DNA of 64,000 nt from Cyanobacteria bacterium P01_A01_bin.123. Lineage in GTDB: Bacteria > Cyanobacteriota > Cyanobacteriia > Phormidesmidales > Phormidesmidaceae. Below, in pieces: positions 30,479 to 39,060 of the stretch. A model generated the notes under the pieces. The model made no database searches. It was given only the letters and a program-made list of their open reading frames with translations, and was not told where the DNA came from. Location: the NCBI GenBank assembly GCA_039815185.1, contig JBCBZT010000015.1, positions 74,403 through 138,402 on the forward strand, in the 5' to 3' direction. The position numbers and the translations under genes are program-made. Numbering within the stretch: the first letter of the stretch is position 1; each line of letters opens with the position of its first letter.

Positions 30479-31384
30479 TTACAGTAATCCCTGCTCCTCT
30501 AGAAATTCGCGAGCCACTTCATCCGGTTCACGACCATTGCCAGCCACCTCCCAATTGAGGGTGCTCATGGTTTCATCGTCAAGGAGGACTGTGACGCTGT
30601 TCAGCACCTCAGCAATTTCAGGGTTAGCATCTAGCGTTTCCTGACGAATAAAGGGTGCAACTGGATAGGGAGGCCAGAATTTCTGGTCGTCTTCGAGCAC
30701 CAACAGGTCAAACGCGGCAATTTGGCCGTCGGTGCCATAGCCCGTGGTGACATCGATATCGCCAGTATCCAGACCGCTGTAAAGTAGACCGGGGTCTAGA
30801 GACTTAACCTCAGCAAAGTCAAAACCGCCATAGGTTTCTTTGAGCGCAGGTAACCCATCGCTACGGTCGGCAAATTCTAAGTCAGTGCCAAAAATTAGAC
30901 CACTGGCGTTTGCAGAAATATCACTAACGGTAGTTACCCCCAATTCATTGGCGCGATCTTTGGTCATCACCAGCGCATAAGTATTGTTGAAAGAGGTCGG
31001 ATCTAGCAAAACAACGCTGAACTGCTCGACATAGTCAGCTTTGACCTTGTCATACACATCCATCGTAGACATTGCCGGATCATAGGTTTGTTCTAGATGT
31101 ACCAGTAAGGCCGTGCCAGTATATTCAGGATACAGGTCGATTTCACCCGCAATTAGGGCTGCATGGTTTTCGCTAGTGCCGCCAAGGGCATTGTAATCAG
31201 CGTTGTAGCCCGCGTTGTCGAGCACCATTTCAAACATGTGGCCTAGCAGATACTGCTCGGTAAATTCTTTTGAGCCAATTTTGATCTCAGGACCATCTGA
31301 TGAGGAACCCCCGCTACAAGCAGATAGAGCCACCGTCAACAGAAGAGCTGTGCTGGTTAGAAGGGTTCGTCTTTGAAACTGCAT
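30479..31384 (-). CDS. Osmoprotectant ABC transporter substrate-binding lipoprotein (OpuCC/OsmX-like)
   Basis: LSAC lipobox, IGSKEFTEQ, YPEYTGT, NNTY, DD..FWPPY. Confidence 0.92.
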   Translation of the reverse strand: MQFQRRTLLTSTALLLTVALSACSGGSSSDGPEIKIGSKEFTEQYLLGHMFEMVLDNAGYNADYNALGGTSENHAALIAGEIDLYPEYTGTALLVHLEQTYDPAMSTMDVYDKVKADYVEQFSVVLLDPTSFNNTYALVMTKDRANELGVTTVSDISANASGLIFGTDLEFADRSDGLPALKETYGGFDFAEVKSLDPGLLYSGLDTGDIDVTTGYGTDGQIAAFDLLVLEDDQKFWPPYPVAPFIRQETLDANPEIAEVLNSVTVLLDDETMSTLNWEVAGNGREPDEVAREFLEEQGLL

Positions 31385-31439
31385 AATCGATGCCTCTTGA
31401 AAAATAGTTTATGGATAGGGAGGGGACAGGGATGGGGGA

Positions 31440-32534
31440 TTAAGGTGCCGCTGCTGTCCGCAATTTTGCAACATTTGCAGTAGCGCGGAAATGATAGTAA
31501 CTGATGATCAGTTCAATACCCGTAATCACTGCGATACTCAGAACTGCCCCAATTAACCAAACAAGGCCTAATGAAGGCGTTTGCTGAATCTTTGTGGTTA
31601 GCCCAAACACCAGCCAAACAAAAGCTGCCGCAGCTGTGCCAAAAGTGATCAGTGTAATCGGCCAAGCGTTGCCACTTTCCCCTCGACGGGGCCACAGCGT
31701 GGCTACTAAGCCCAGCACCAGAACTGGGAGCCCTATAGTCCGATACTCAGCGTGTAGTCCGGTGAGCACGACTGGGTCACTGCCAGCGACAGCCTGGGTT
31801 TCCCAGGGGAGGAGGACGCCAAATAACAGCGGCATTGCTGCTACAACGCATAGTAAGCCAATTAGGCCACCGGCCTTGCGCTGAGAGGTACCAATCTTTA
31901 AACCCTTGGGAGTCACCCAAGTCTCTAGCCGACCAAAGGCTTCTTCAAAGTAGAAAGCTAAGATTGTTGCTGGAATGGCCCCCAGCAGCATCACGTGGTC
32001 ACGGTTGAGCTGATGGCCTCGTAAAATCAAGTCGCCCAGCCCACCAGCCCCAATAAATCCGCCAAAGGTGGTGCTGGCGACAATGACCACGGCTGAGGTG
32101 CGAATGCCCGCCATAATCACCGCGATCGCGACTGGCAGCTCTACCTTAAATAAGACCTCAATGTCGCGCATGCCCATGCCTCGGGCCGCTTCTTTCATAT
32201 TGGCATCAACTTGCTCAATGCCGATCAGGGTGTTGATCAACACTGGCAGCGTGCCGATAAACGTCAGCGCCAAAATGGTGGGTGGGCGACCAATGCCTAG
32301 CAGCGGCAAGGCTAGCGCCAGCACCGCCAAAGTGGGAAACGTATTGCCAATTTTGCCCGCGTTGAGCAAAAACTTTCGCAACCAGCCTACCCGCGACCCC
32401 AGAATGCCAAATAAGACGCCCAGGGTCACCGCGATCGCCAGTGCTGTAAAGGTAATTTGCAAATGCTGACTTAGGGCAGTCGTAAAGTCTTGAGAGCGTT
32501 CGATGAAATACGCCCACATGTCTTGAAATAGCAT
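31440..32534 (-). CDS. Osmoprotectant ABC permease with C-terminal membrane extension
   Basis: EAARGMGM EAA loop, IGAGGLG; about 150 extra residues with more hydrophobic segments. Confidence 0.88.
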   Translation of the reverse strand: MLFQDMWAYFIERSQDFTTALSQHLQITFTALAIAVTLGVLFGILGSRVGWLRKFLLNAGKIGNTFPTLAVLALALPLLGIGRPPTILALTFIGTLPVLINTLIGIEQVDANMKEAARGMGMRDIEVLFKVELPVAIAVIMAGIRTSAVVIVASTTFGGFIGAGGLGDLILRGHQLNRDHVMLLGAIPATILAFYFEEAFGRLETWVTPKGLKIGTSQRKAGGLIGLLCVVAAMPLLFGVLLPWETQAVAGSDPVVLTGLHAEYRTIGLPVLVLGLVATLWPRRGESGNAWPITLITFGTAAAAFVWLVFGLTTKIQQTPSLGLVWLIGAVLSIAVITGIELIISYYHFRATANVAKLRTAAAP

Positions 32535-32580
32535 CCAACCCCCAATAGAAATTCCAGTCAAAATTGCGATAGATGAATGC

Positions 32581-33270
32581 CTACCCTTGGGTGGCACCCG
32601 GCAAAGACCGCTCAATCTTGCCAATGACAAAGTCAAAAAACACAGCTAGCAACGCTGCCCCGAGTGCCCCAGCCACCACTTTGTCGTTACGTCCGCCGCC
32701 TGCCGCAATCCCTTCAAAAATCAGCTTGCCAAGGCTGCTGGCCCCAAAATAAGAGGCCAGGGTGGCGAGACTGATGGTGGAGACCACGGCAATGCGAATA
32801 CCGGCAAAGATGACCGGCAGTGCTAATGGTAATTCCACTTGCAGCAAAATGCTCCGCTGGGTCATGCCCATCCCCCGCGCTGCTTCGATAATGGCCGGAT
32901 CAACGCCGTCGATGCCCACTGCCGTATTGCGAATGATTGCCAGTAGGGAATAAACGGTGAGGGCGATAACGGCTGGCGTAAAGCCAATCCCCACGATGGG
33001 AATCATCAACCCAAACATCGCCAAACTGGGTACGGTGTAGAGCATCCCTGCCAGCTTGATCACGGGGTCATAGAGCAGCCGCAGGCGGGTAATCAGCACC
33101 CCTAGCGGCAGGCTAATCAGCACTGAAAAAAACAGGGTCACAAACGTAATGAGCAGATGACCCCATAAAAATTCCAGCACCCGATCTGGGCGACCGACCC
33201 CTGGCAAATAGTACAGGACACCGTCCTTCAAGCTGATCAGGAATTCCCCTAGATTGGTAATAAAATCCAT
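32581..33270 (-). CDS. Osmoprotectant ABC permease
   Basis: EAARGMGM, VELPLALPVI; AGGAGG RBS. Confidence 0.92.
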   Translation of the reverse strand: MDFITNLGEFLISLKDGVLYYLPGVGRPDRVLEFLWGHLLITFVTLFFSVLISLPLGVLITRLRLLYDPVIKLAGMLYTVPSLAMFGLMIPIVGIGFTPAVIALTVYSLLAIIRNTAVGIDGVDPAIIEAARGMGMTQRSILLQVELPLALPVIFAGIRIAVVSTISLATLASYFGASSLGKLIFEGIAAGGGRNDKVVAGALGAALLAVFFDFVIGKIERSLPGATQG

Positions 33271-33280
33271 GCTGCTCCTC

Positions 33281-34408
33281 CTAGCGTCCCGTTGGCATCG
33301 GTTGGGTTTCAGCAATTAATGCCTGGGCATTTTCAACGGTGACCAGACCGAGCAATCGCTGGTGGGGATCAACCACAGGTAGGTAGCGAATGCCGTAGCT
33401 CAGCATCATGGAGAAAGCATCTTTCATAGTGGCTTCTGCTTCGGTGGTAGAAACCAGATGATGCAGCATTGCCTTAGCCTGCTTGCCAGGATGGGTTTGG
33501 GCCTCTTCGAGCCCCACATACCCAGCCAGTCGGTTGGTCTCGTCTGTAATGAACAGGCTATCGACATTATGCGATCGCATTTTGGCTGCCAAATCTGCCC
33601 CACTGTCATTGACGTTGCCCAACAGTGGCGCTTGCTGCATGACCTCACCCACGCGGACTAGGGTTAGCCGCTTGAGACCACGGTCTGCGCCAACAAAGTC
33701 GGCGACAAAGTCATCCGCAGGTCTGGACAGAATATTGGCTGGGGTATCGAGCTGGGCTAGCACTCCCCCAACCTGCAAAATGCAAACGAGCGTCCCCATT
33801 TTGAGCGCCTCGTCAATATCGTGGGTGACAAACATGATGGTCTTCTTGAGCTGTTTTTGCAGTCGCAAAAACTCATTTTGTAGGCGATCGCGCGTAATCG
33901 GATCAATCGCCCCAAAGGGTTCATCCATCAGCATGACGGGCGGATCTGCTGCCAATGCCCGTGCCACCCCGACCCGCTGCCGCTGCCCCCCGGATAGCTG
34001 CTTGGGATAGCGATCCCGAAACTGAGCCGGATCCAGCCCCACAATGTCTAGCAGCTCATCGGCCCGTCGATCAATTTTGGCTTTGTTCCAGCCGAGGAGT
34101 TTGGGTACCACGGCAATATTGTCGCGGATGGTGAAGTGAGGGAACAGGCCAATTTGCTGAATGACGTAACCGATACTGCGTCGGAGTTCGACCTGATTTT
34201 GCTTGAGCACATTGCGCCCGCCTACAAAAATCTCACCGCTGGTGGGCTCGATCAGGCGGTTGACCATTTTCATCGTGGTGGTCTTGCCACAACCAGACGG
34301 CCCAATCACCACGCAGGTCTCACCTTCCGGCACAGACATGGTTAAGTGGCTGACCGAAGGCTGGCTAGCCCCAGCGTAAACCTTAACCACATCATTAAAC
34401 TGAATCAT
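33281..34408 (-). CDS. Osmoprotectant ABC ATPase with CBS domains (OpuCA/OsmV-like)
   Basis: GPSGCGKT, LSGGQRQR, MDEPF, C-terminal CBS pair. Confidence 0.94.
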   Translation of the reverse strand: MIQFNDVVKVYAGASQPSVSHLTMSVPEGETCVVIGPSGCGKTTTMKMVNRLIEPTSGEIFVGGRNVLKQNQVELRRSIGYVIQQIGLFPHFTIRDNIAVVPKLLGWNKAKIDRRADELLDIVGLDPAQFRDRYPKQLSGGQRQRVGVARALAADPPVMLMDEPFGAIDPITRDRLQNEFLRLQKQLKKTIMFVTHDIDEALKMGTLVCILQVGGVLAQLDTPANILSRPADDFVADFVGADRGLKRLTLVRVGEVMQQAPLLGNVNDSGADLAAKMRSHNVDSLFITDETNRLAGYVGLEEAQTHPGKQAKAMLHHLVSTTEAEATMKDAFSMMLSYGIRYLPVVDPHQRLLGLVTVENAQALIAETQPMPTGR

Positions 34409-34593
34409 CGGGATCAAAATGAATTTCCTCTGTTAGCAACAGGGAGTAGGGCATGACGCTGATACAGCGTCAATGCTTCACAGGAAAACGGTATTTTTTT
34501 GTCCCAGGTTCTACTCCAAGGAATATTGTTTCCAACATTCCAGCAATTTATCGCTGTTTCCAGCATTCTTAGAGATTGGTTAACAACCCTCTG

Positions 34594-34609
34594 TGTAAAT
34601 TCTTTTACA
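34594..34609. promoter_or_regulatory. Candidate NtcA site
   Basis: TGTA-AATTCTTT-TACA within TGTGTA..TACACA palindrome. Confidence 0.4.
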
Positions 34610-34882
34610 CATTTCTCTCATGGTCTAACCTTGAACACTGAATGATAGGCATACAGCGACAACATCGACATAACAACCGTTAGTTTAACACTCAACCTCT
34701 GTAGCAACGGTTTCATGCAGACGATATACAGTTATTTTCGGGGTGTGAAGACATATTTGTAACCATCTGTATCAATACATTACAGCTATACTGATGAATT
34801 TCTATCACAATGACTACATTGTCAGAGGTTGATTGTTATTTTAGAGCGCTGCTTACTAAAACCCATAGGCTTAATAGGGTAC

Positions 34883-34910
34883 TTGACACTGATTGGAGAA
34901 TTGCTTTAAT
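34883..34910 (+). promoter_or_regulatory. Sigma70-like promoter of the thrS leader
   Basis: TTGACA-N16-TTTAAT with extended TGn, about 30 nt before leader ATG. Confidence 0.6.
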
Positions 34911-34941
34911 AGAAATGTGCCGGAGCAAATCTTTTCTGACT

Positions 34942-35004
34942 ATGAACACAGCAACTACCCTGACTACCACTACCCCCTCAACTATTTCCCTAGGAGGGTT
35001 GTAA
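34942..35004 (+). CDS. Thr-rich attenuator leader peptide 1 (MNTATTLTTTTPSTISLGGL)
   Basis: 8 Thr codons in 20; followed by a terminator whose 5' arm can pair with GGAGGG at the leader end. Confidence 0.8.
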   Translation: MNTATTLTTTTPSTISLGGL

Positions 35005-35037
35005 GGCGCTGTACTGAAATTTAGTCTTACTACTTTA

Positions 35038-35074
35038 ATTGCCCTCCAGATATTCTCTGGGGGGCAATGTTTTT
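35038..35074 (+). terminator. Attenuator terminator 1
   Basis: ATTGCCCTCCAGA-TATTC-TCTGGGGGGCAAT then GTTTTT. Confidence 0.85.
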
Positions 35075-35136
35075 CTAGCTTTTGTATTTAAGACAGGTTA
35101 ACCAGAATGCTTATTTTTCTGACAATGCCGTTTGCA

Positions 35137-35184
35137 ATGAACACGACTACCACTACCCCCTCGATCACGCCTGGAGGGACGTGA
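35137..35184 (+). CDS. Thr-rich attenuator leader peptide 2 (MNTTTTTPSITPGGT; in-frame upstream ATG at 35125)
   Basis: 5 consecutive plus 2 more Thr codons; homologous to leader 1. Confidence 0.8.
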   Translation: MNTTTTTPSITPGGT

Positions 35185-35212
35185 CGATTGATGGCGCCTG
35201 TCACGCATTTGT

Positions 35213-35241
35213 CCCTCCTGGCCTGGCTTGGAGGGTTTTTT
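35213..35241 (+). terminator. Attenuator terminator 2
   Basis: CCCTCC..GGAGGG followed by TTTTTT; 5' arm GTCCCTCC is the exact complement of GGAGGGAC in leader 2. Confidence 0.85.
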
Positions 35242-35392
35242 ATTGCCTTGAAAACTTAGCCACATTCAGATCTGTAACGCTCCTGAGCTAAAAGCTCAAG
35301 CGTTTTCCCGGGTTGGAACGCGGCGTTTTGCGCGCCAATTCAAGGTTGCAAATCAGATGGGGTTTATAACTCAAACCAAAGGAGCATTGACA

Positions 35393-36619
35393 ATGGCGGA
35401 TCACCGTGAACTTGCAAAAGATATGGATTTGTTTCATTTTGAGGCGCATAGTCCAGGCATGGTGTTTTGGCACCCACTGGGACTTCGGCTCTTTCGCAGC
35501 CTGGAAGACTTTATGAGACAGGTTTATCAAACCTATGGTTTTGAGGAAGTGCGATCGCCCATTGCCCTCAATCGATCACTATGGGAACGCTCCGGGCATT
35601 GGGAAAAATTTCGACAGGGAATGTTTGTCGTCGGCAGTGTAACCGCAGATGAAAATGATGCCTCAGACCTATCTGTTCTCAATCCCGACTATGCGTTGAA
35701 GCCCATGTCTTGTCCGGCCCATATTGCCATTTATCAGTCTCGCAAACGCAGCTATCGGGAAAATCCGATGCGATTAATGGAGTTTGGTATCTGCCATCGT
35801 AATGAATTGTCCGGCACATTATCGGGATGTATGCGGCTGCGGCAATTTGTCCAGGATGATGCCCATATTTTCTGTTGTGAATCTGATGTGCAGCAGGAAA
35901 TTAGCAGTTTTCTCAAGATGGTGCAGCAAGTTTATGCGGCCTTTGGTTATGAGCAATTTTCTCTGCAAATTTCCCTTAGACCAGAGCAGCGGCTTGGTGC
36001 CGATTCTCTTTGGGATAGCGCTGAATCGCTGTTAATCAAAGCCGTTGAATCTCTGGGGTACCGCTATCAATTAGCCGCCAACGAAGGGGCATTCTACGGG
36101 CCTAAGCTGGAAATTAGTTTGCAAGATCAGCTGGGGCGATCGTGGCAGTGTGGCACATTTCAAGTTGATTTCAACCTGCCTCAAATGTTTGAACTTGCTT
36201 TTGTGAATGAACTGGGGCAATTAGAGCGTCCCGTCATGTTGCACCAAGCTGTTCTGGGATCGCTGGAGCGCTGGATCGGCATTTTGTTAGAGCACCACGG
36301 CGGTATCCTTCCAGTGTGGATTGCTCCTGTACAGGTTGCGATCGCGTCGATTTCCAATAAATCAGCCGACTGGGCAGAAATAATTTTTGCTCGGCTTCAG
36401 CAGCTAGGGGTAAGGGTGGAGCTGCATAACCAAGATCGCACCATCAGTAAGAAAATTCGTGAACTGTCCAAATGCAGAATTCCCTTAATTGCGGTGGTCG
36501 GTGAGCAAGAAGCTAGAGATCAAAGGCTAAATCTTCGACGTTTAGGAACCTCAGAACAACAAGACATGAATCTAGCTGAGTTTGAGCAAAAGTTAGCCGT
36601 GCTCTCCAAACCCGCTTGA
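35393..36619 (+). CDS. thrS: Threonyl-tRNA synthetase, short form without N-terminal TGS/editing domains (408 aa)
   Basis: AAGGAG RBS; begins DHRELAKDMDLF; SGHW, KPMSCPAH, HRNE, QDDAHIF, GAFYGPK, WQCGT.QVDF, H.AVLGSLER, anticodon domain. Confidence 0.93.
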   Translation: MADHRELAKDMDLFHFEAHSPGMVFWHPLGLRLFRSLEDFMRQVYQTYGFEEVRSPIALNRSLWERSGHWEKFRQGMFVVGSVTADENDASDLSVLNPDYALKPMSCPAHIAIYQSRKRSYRENPMRLMEFGICHRNELSGTLSGCMRLRQFVQDDAHIFCCESDVQQEISSFLKMVQQVYAAFGYEQFSLQISLRPEQRLGADSLWDSAESLLIKAVESLGYRYQLAANEGAFYGPKLEISLQDQLGRSWQCGTFQVDFNLPQMFELAFVNELGQLERPVMLHQAVLGSLERWIGILLEHHGGILPVWIAPVQVAIASISNKSADWAEIIFARLQQLGVRVELHNQDRTISKKIRELSKCRIPLIAVVGEQEARDQRLNLRRLGTSEQQDMNLAEFEQKLAVLSKPA

Positions 36620-36825
36620 GTTTCTTTGCCCAGATGATGAACTTAAAGCGGGAAATCATTGCTAAATGAGAACTCAGAAGTCAGATCTAGTCTCATACTG
36701 ACTTCTAGGTTTTGACATCTAGATTCCTTTACTATCAGGCCTTGCTGGCTTAAATTAGACGCCGAAGGGAGTGATCTCTGGGGTTGGGCAACGCAGCTGA
36801 GTGAGCCAGACGTAAGGGAGGAGGC

Positions 36826-37428
36826 ATGGACGTCCGCATTTGTTTTATTGGGGATTCCTTTGTGAACGGGACAGGGGATCCGACCTATTTAGGCTGGACA
36901 GGGCGCGTGTGTGCTGAGGTGGCGCAACAGGGCCATGCGGTTACCGCTTACAACCTAGGTATCCGTCGAGAAACCAGCCTGCAAATTGAGCAGCGCTGGC
37001 CCCAAGAAGTGGTGTGTCGTTTACCCAATGACTGTCAGGGGCGCTTGGTATTTTCCTTTGGGGCAAACGATATGACTGTAGAACAGGGCAGTAATCGAGT
37101 CGATCTGGCAACATCGATTGCTGCCGCCCGACGCCTATTGCAGGCAGCATCCCGCCAGTATCCGGTGCTGATGGTGGGGCCACCTGCGATCGCCGTCAAT
37201 CCTGCCCATACGGATCGAATTACCCACCTTTCAGCTCAGTATGGAGACCTGTGCCACAGCTTAGGCGTTCCCTACTTAGAGACTTGTCGACTGACTGCCC
37301 AATCAGTTCTTTGGTCTGCAGAAGTGCAGGCCGGAGATGGCGCCCATCCCGGTGCTGGAGGATATGGCGAACTGGCAACCCTGGTGAGCAATTGGTCAGC
37401 TTGGCGCGACTGGTTTGATATCGATTAA
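36826..37428 (+). CDS. SGNH/GDSL hydrolase
   Basis: FIGDSF, NLG, FGAND, DGAHP. Confidence 0.9.
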   Translation: MDVRICFIGDSFVNGTGDPTYLGWTGRVCAEVAQQGHAVTAYNLGIRRETSLQIEQRWPQEVVCRLPNDCQGRLVFSFGANDMTVEQGSNRVDLATSIAAARRLLQAASRQYPVLMVGPPAIAVNPAHTDRITHLSAQYGDLCHSLGVPYLETCRLTAQSVLWSAEVQAGDGAHPGAGGYGELATLVSNWSAWRDWFDID

Positions 37429-37442
37429 CCCTTGGAAATGTC

Positions 37443-38192
37443 ATGTATCTGTCGTTGTTGACCATTTATCGAAATCGTCCCAACCATTTGCAAACGTTGT
37501 TGCGTTGGTGGGGTGGATTGCGGCCTGCTAATGGAGAGACGGCGTCAACGCAGCTCACGGATACTGAACTGATGGTAATCGAAGTCAATGAGAACCCCAC
37601 TCCAGGTTTAGCCGAATGGGTGGATCAAAAGCATGCCCGTTATATGCATTTGGCTTGCGGAGGCCCTTTGCATAAAACCCGGGGTTTAAATTTGGGGTTG
37701 CAATTATCCCAGGGACAATTCGTCGCACCGCTGGATGTGGACTTGCAACCCTGGCGGCAAACTTTAGGGGATCATTTGACCCTGGCGCGTAGTTCACCCC
37801 ATCTTCTAGTCACTGGGTATCGATTAATGCTGCCGATCGAAACTGCTGTACCTGAGGTGCGGTTAGAGCTGGTTGAACGGGCTGCGATCGCCCCTGAAGA
37901 CCAACCCACTGCCCTCCGCAAGCACCTATTGCAGGGTGAAAAATTTGGCGTTATGCCGTTTTTTGAACGCCAGCGCTTATTAGATATCGACGGTTGGGAT
38001 GAAGCCTTTGTCGGCTGGGGAGCTGAAGATCAAGATGTGATCGAGCGCTACTTGGGCGATGGTCGCCACCTGTGTCGTTGTCCCCACCTGGTGTATTTGC
38101 ACTGGCATCATCCGGTCGATGAGCAGTGGCAATCCGCTGCGATCGTTGAGGCGAATCGGCAACATTACTACACGAAGAGAACCAGCCCCTAA
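37443..38192 (+). CDS. Glycosyltransferase (GT2-like with galactosyltransferase C-terminal motif)
   Basis: NLG, DVD, GWDEAFVGWGAEDQD, HWHH. Confidence 0.85.
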   Translation: MYLSLLTIYRNRPNHLQTLLRWWGGLRPANGETASTQLTDTELMVIEVNENPTPGLAEWVDQKHARYMHLACGGPLHKTRGLNLGLQLSQGQFVAPLDVDLQPWRQTLGDHLTLARSSPHLLVTGYRLMLPIETAVPEVRLELVERAAIAPEDQPTALRKHLLQGEKFGVMPFFERQRLLDIDGWDEAFVGWGAEDQDVIERYLGDGRHLCRCPHLVYLHWHHPVDEQWQSAAIVEANRQHYYTKRTSP

Positions 38193-38968
38193 AATTGGCG
38201 ACGAGAAAACACAAATACTGTAATTGCTAATAGCAAAATCGTGTAGAGTACTGCATAGCCCGCATGCCCCACCATCTCTAGGGGAGAGGGCAACAGTTCC
38301 ATGCCGTAGATGGCTTCGTTGCGAAAGTTGAGCCGCTCTAGGTCAGGCAAAATCAAATACAGGCCGTTGGTGATGCGTTGCACCCCTGGATTTTCGCTCA
38401 ATTGCCCTAGGGCGACTAAATCTTGAGTCAGATGGCCCATCAAATAGACCGCAAAGGTCATCAGCGTTGCCAACAGTGAACTGGTAAACACCCCAAATAA
38501 AATGGCTACGGCGGTCAACAACACCATCTCAATAAATGTGAACAGCACCGCCAAAAGCACACTTGTTATGGGAAAAGGAATTTGATTGAAGGCCAACACC
38601 CCCAGCAAGATTGCGGTTAATGCCGTAATCAGCACGGCTAACACCAGCCCCAATCCCAAATGCTTGCCCACAATAAATTCGGTGCGGCTCACAGGTTTAG
38701 CAATCAGCACCAGCACCGTGCGTTTTTCGATTTCTTTATTAATCAATCCGGTGCCGACAAACACCGCCACCAGCAACCCAAACAGACTCACCCCGGCCAA
38801 GCCCAGATCGAGGGTAATTTTGTCCTCTGCCCCAGCAGACACTTCTGGCAACATCGCCGCTGCTGCAACCAGCAATACTGCAAAGACCAGCACTAGATAC
38901 AAAATGCGATCGCGAATCACCTCCAAAAAAACATTGCTCGCAATCACCCAAATTCTAGAGAGCTTCAT
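38189..38968 (-). CDS. fraE: ABC-2 type permease-like protein FraE
   Basis: EVIRDRILY, EIEKRT...IAKP.SR.EFIVGK; third gene of fraC-fraD cluster. Confidence 0.75.
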   Translation of the reverse strand: MKLSRIWVIASNVFLEVIRDRILYLVLVFAVLLVAAAAMLPEVSAGAEDKITLDLGLAGVSLFGLLVAVFVGTGLINKEIEKRTVLVLIAKPVSRTEFIVGKHLGLGLVLAVLITALTAILLGVLAFNQIPFPITSVLLAVLFTFIEMVLLTAVAILFGVFTSSLLATLMTFAVYLMGHLTQDLVALGQLSENPGVQRITNGLYLILPDLERLNFRNEAIYGMELLPSPLEMVGHAGYAVLYTILLLAITVFVFSRRQF

Positions 38969-39060
38969 AACACACGCTACCGATGACCCAGCCTTATCCC
39001 TAATACCTTACCCCTAACGAAATCCGATGTCTCCAACGGCATTATTCCTGCATCGTGGCC

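Noticed and set aside
34810..35004. 64-aa ORF from the track
   Set aside because: Its upstream part spans the predicted promoter; only the last 20 codons (leader 1) look functional
35082..35291. 69-aa ORF with His/Tyr run (HDYHY)
   Set aside because: Alternate-frame reading of the Thr codon run; TTG start and crosses the terminator
34910..35392. T-box riboswitch upstream of thrS
   Set aside because: No TGGNACCGCG T-box sequence seen; leader peptides explain the structure
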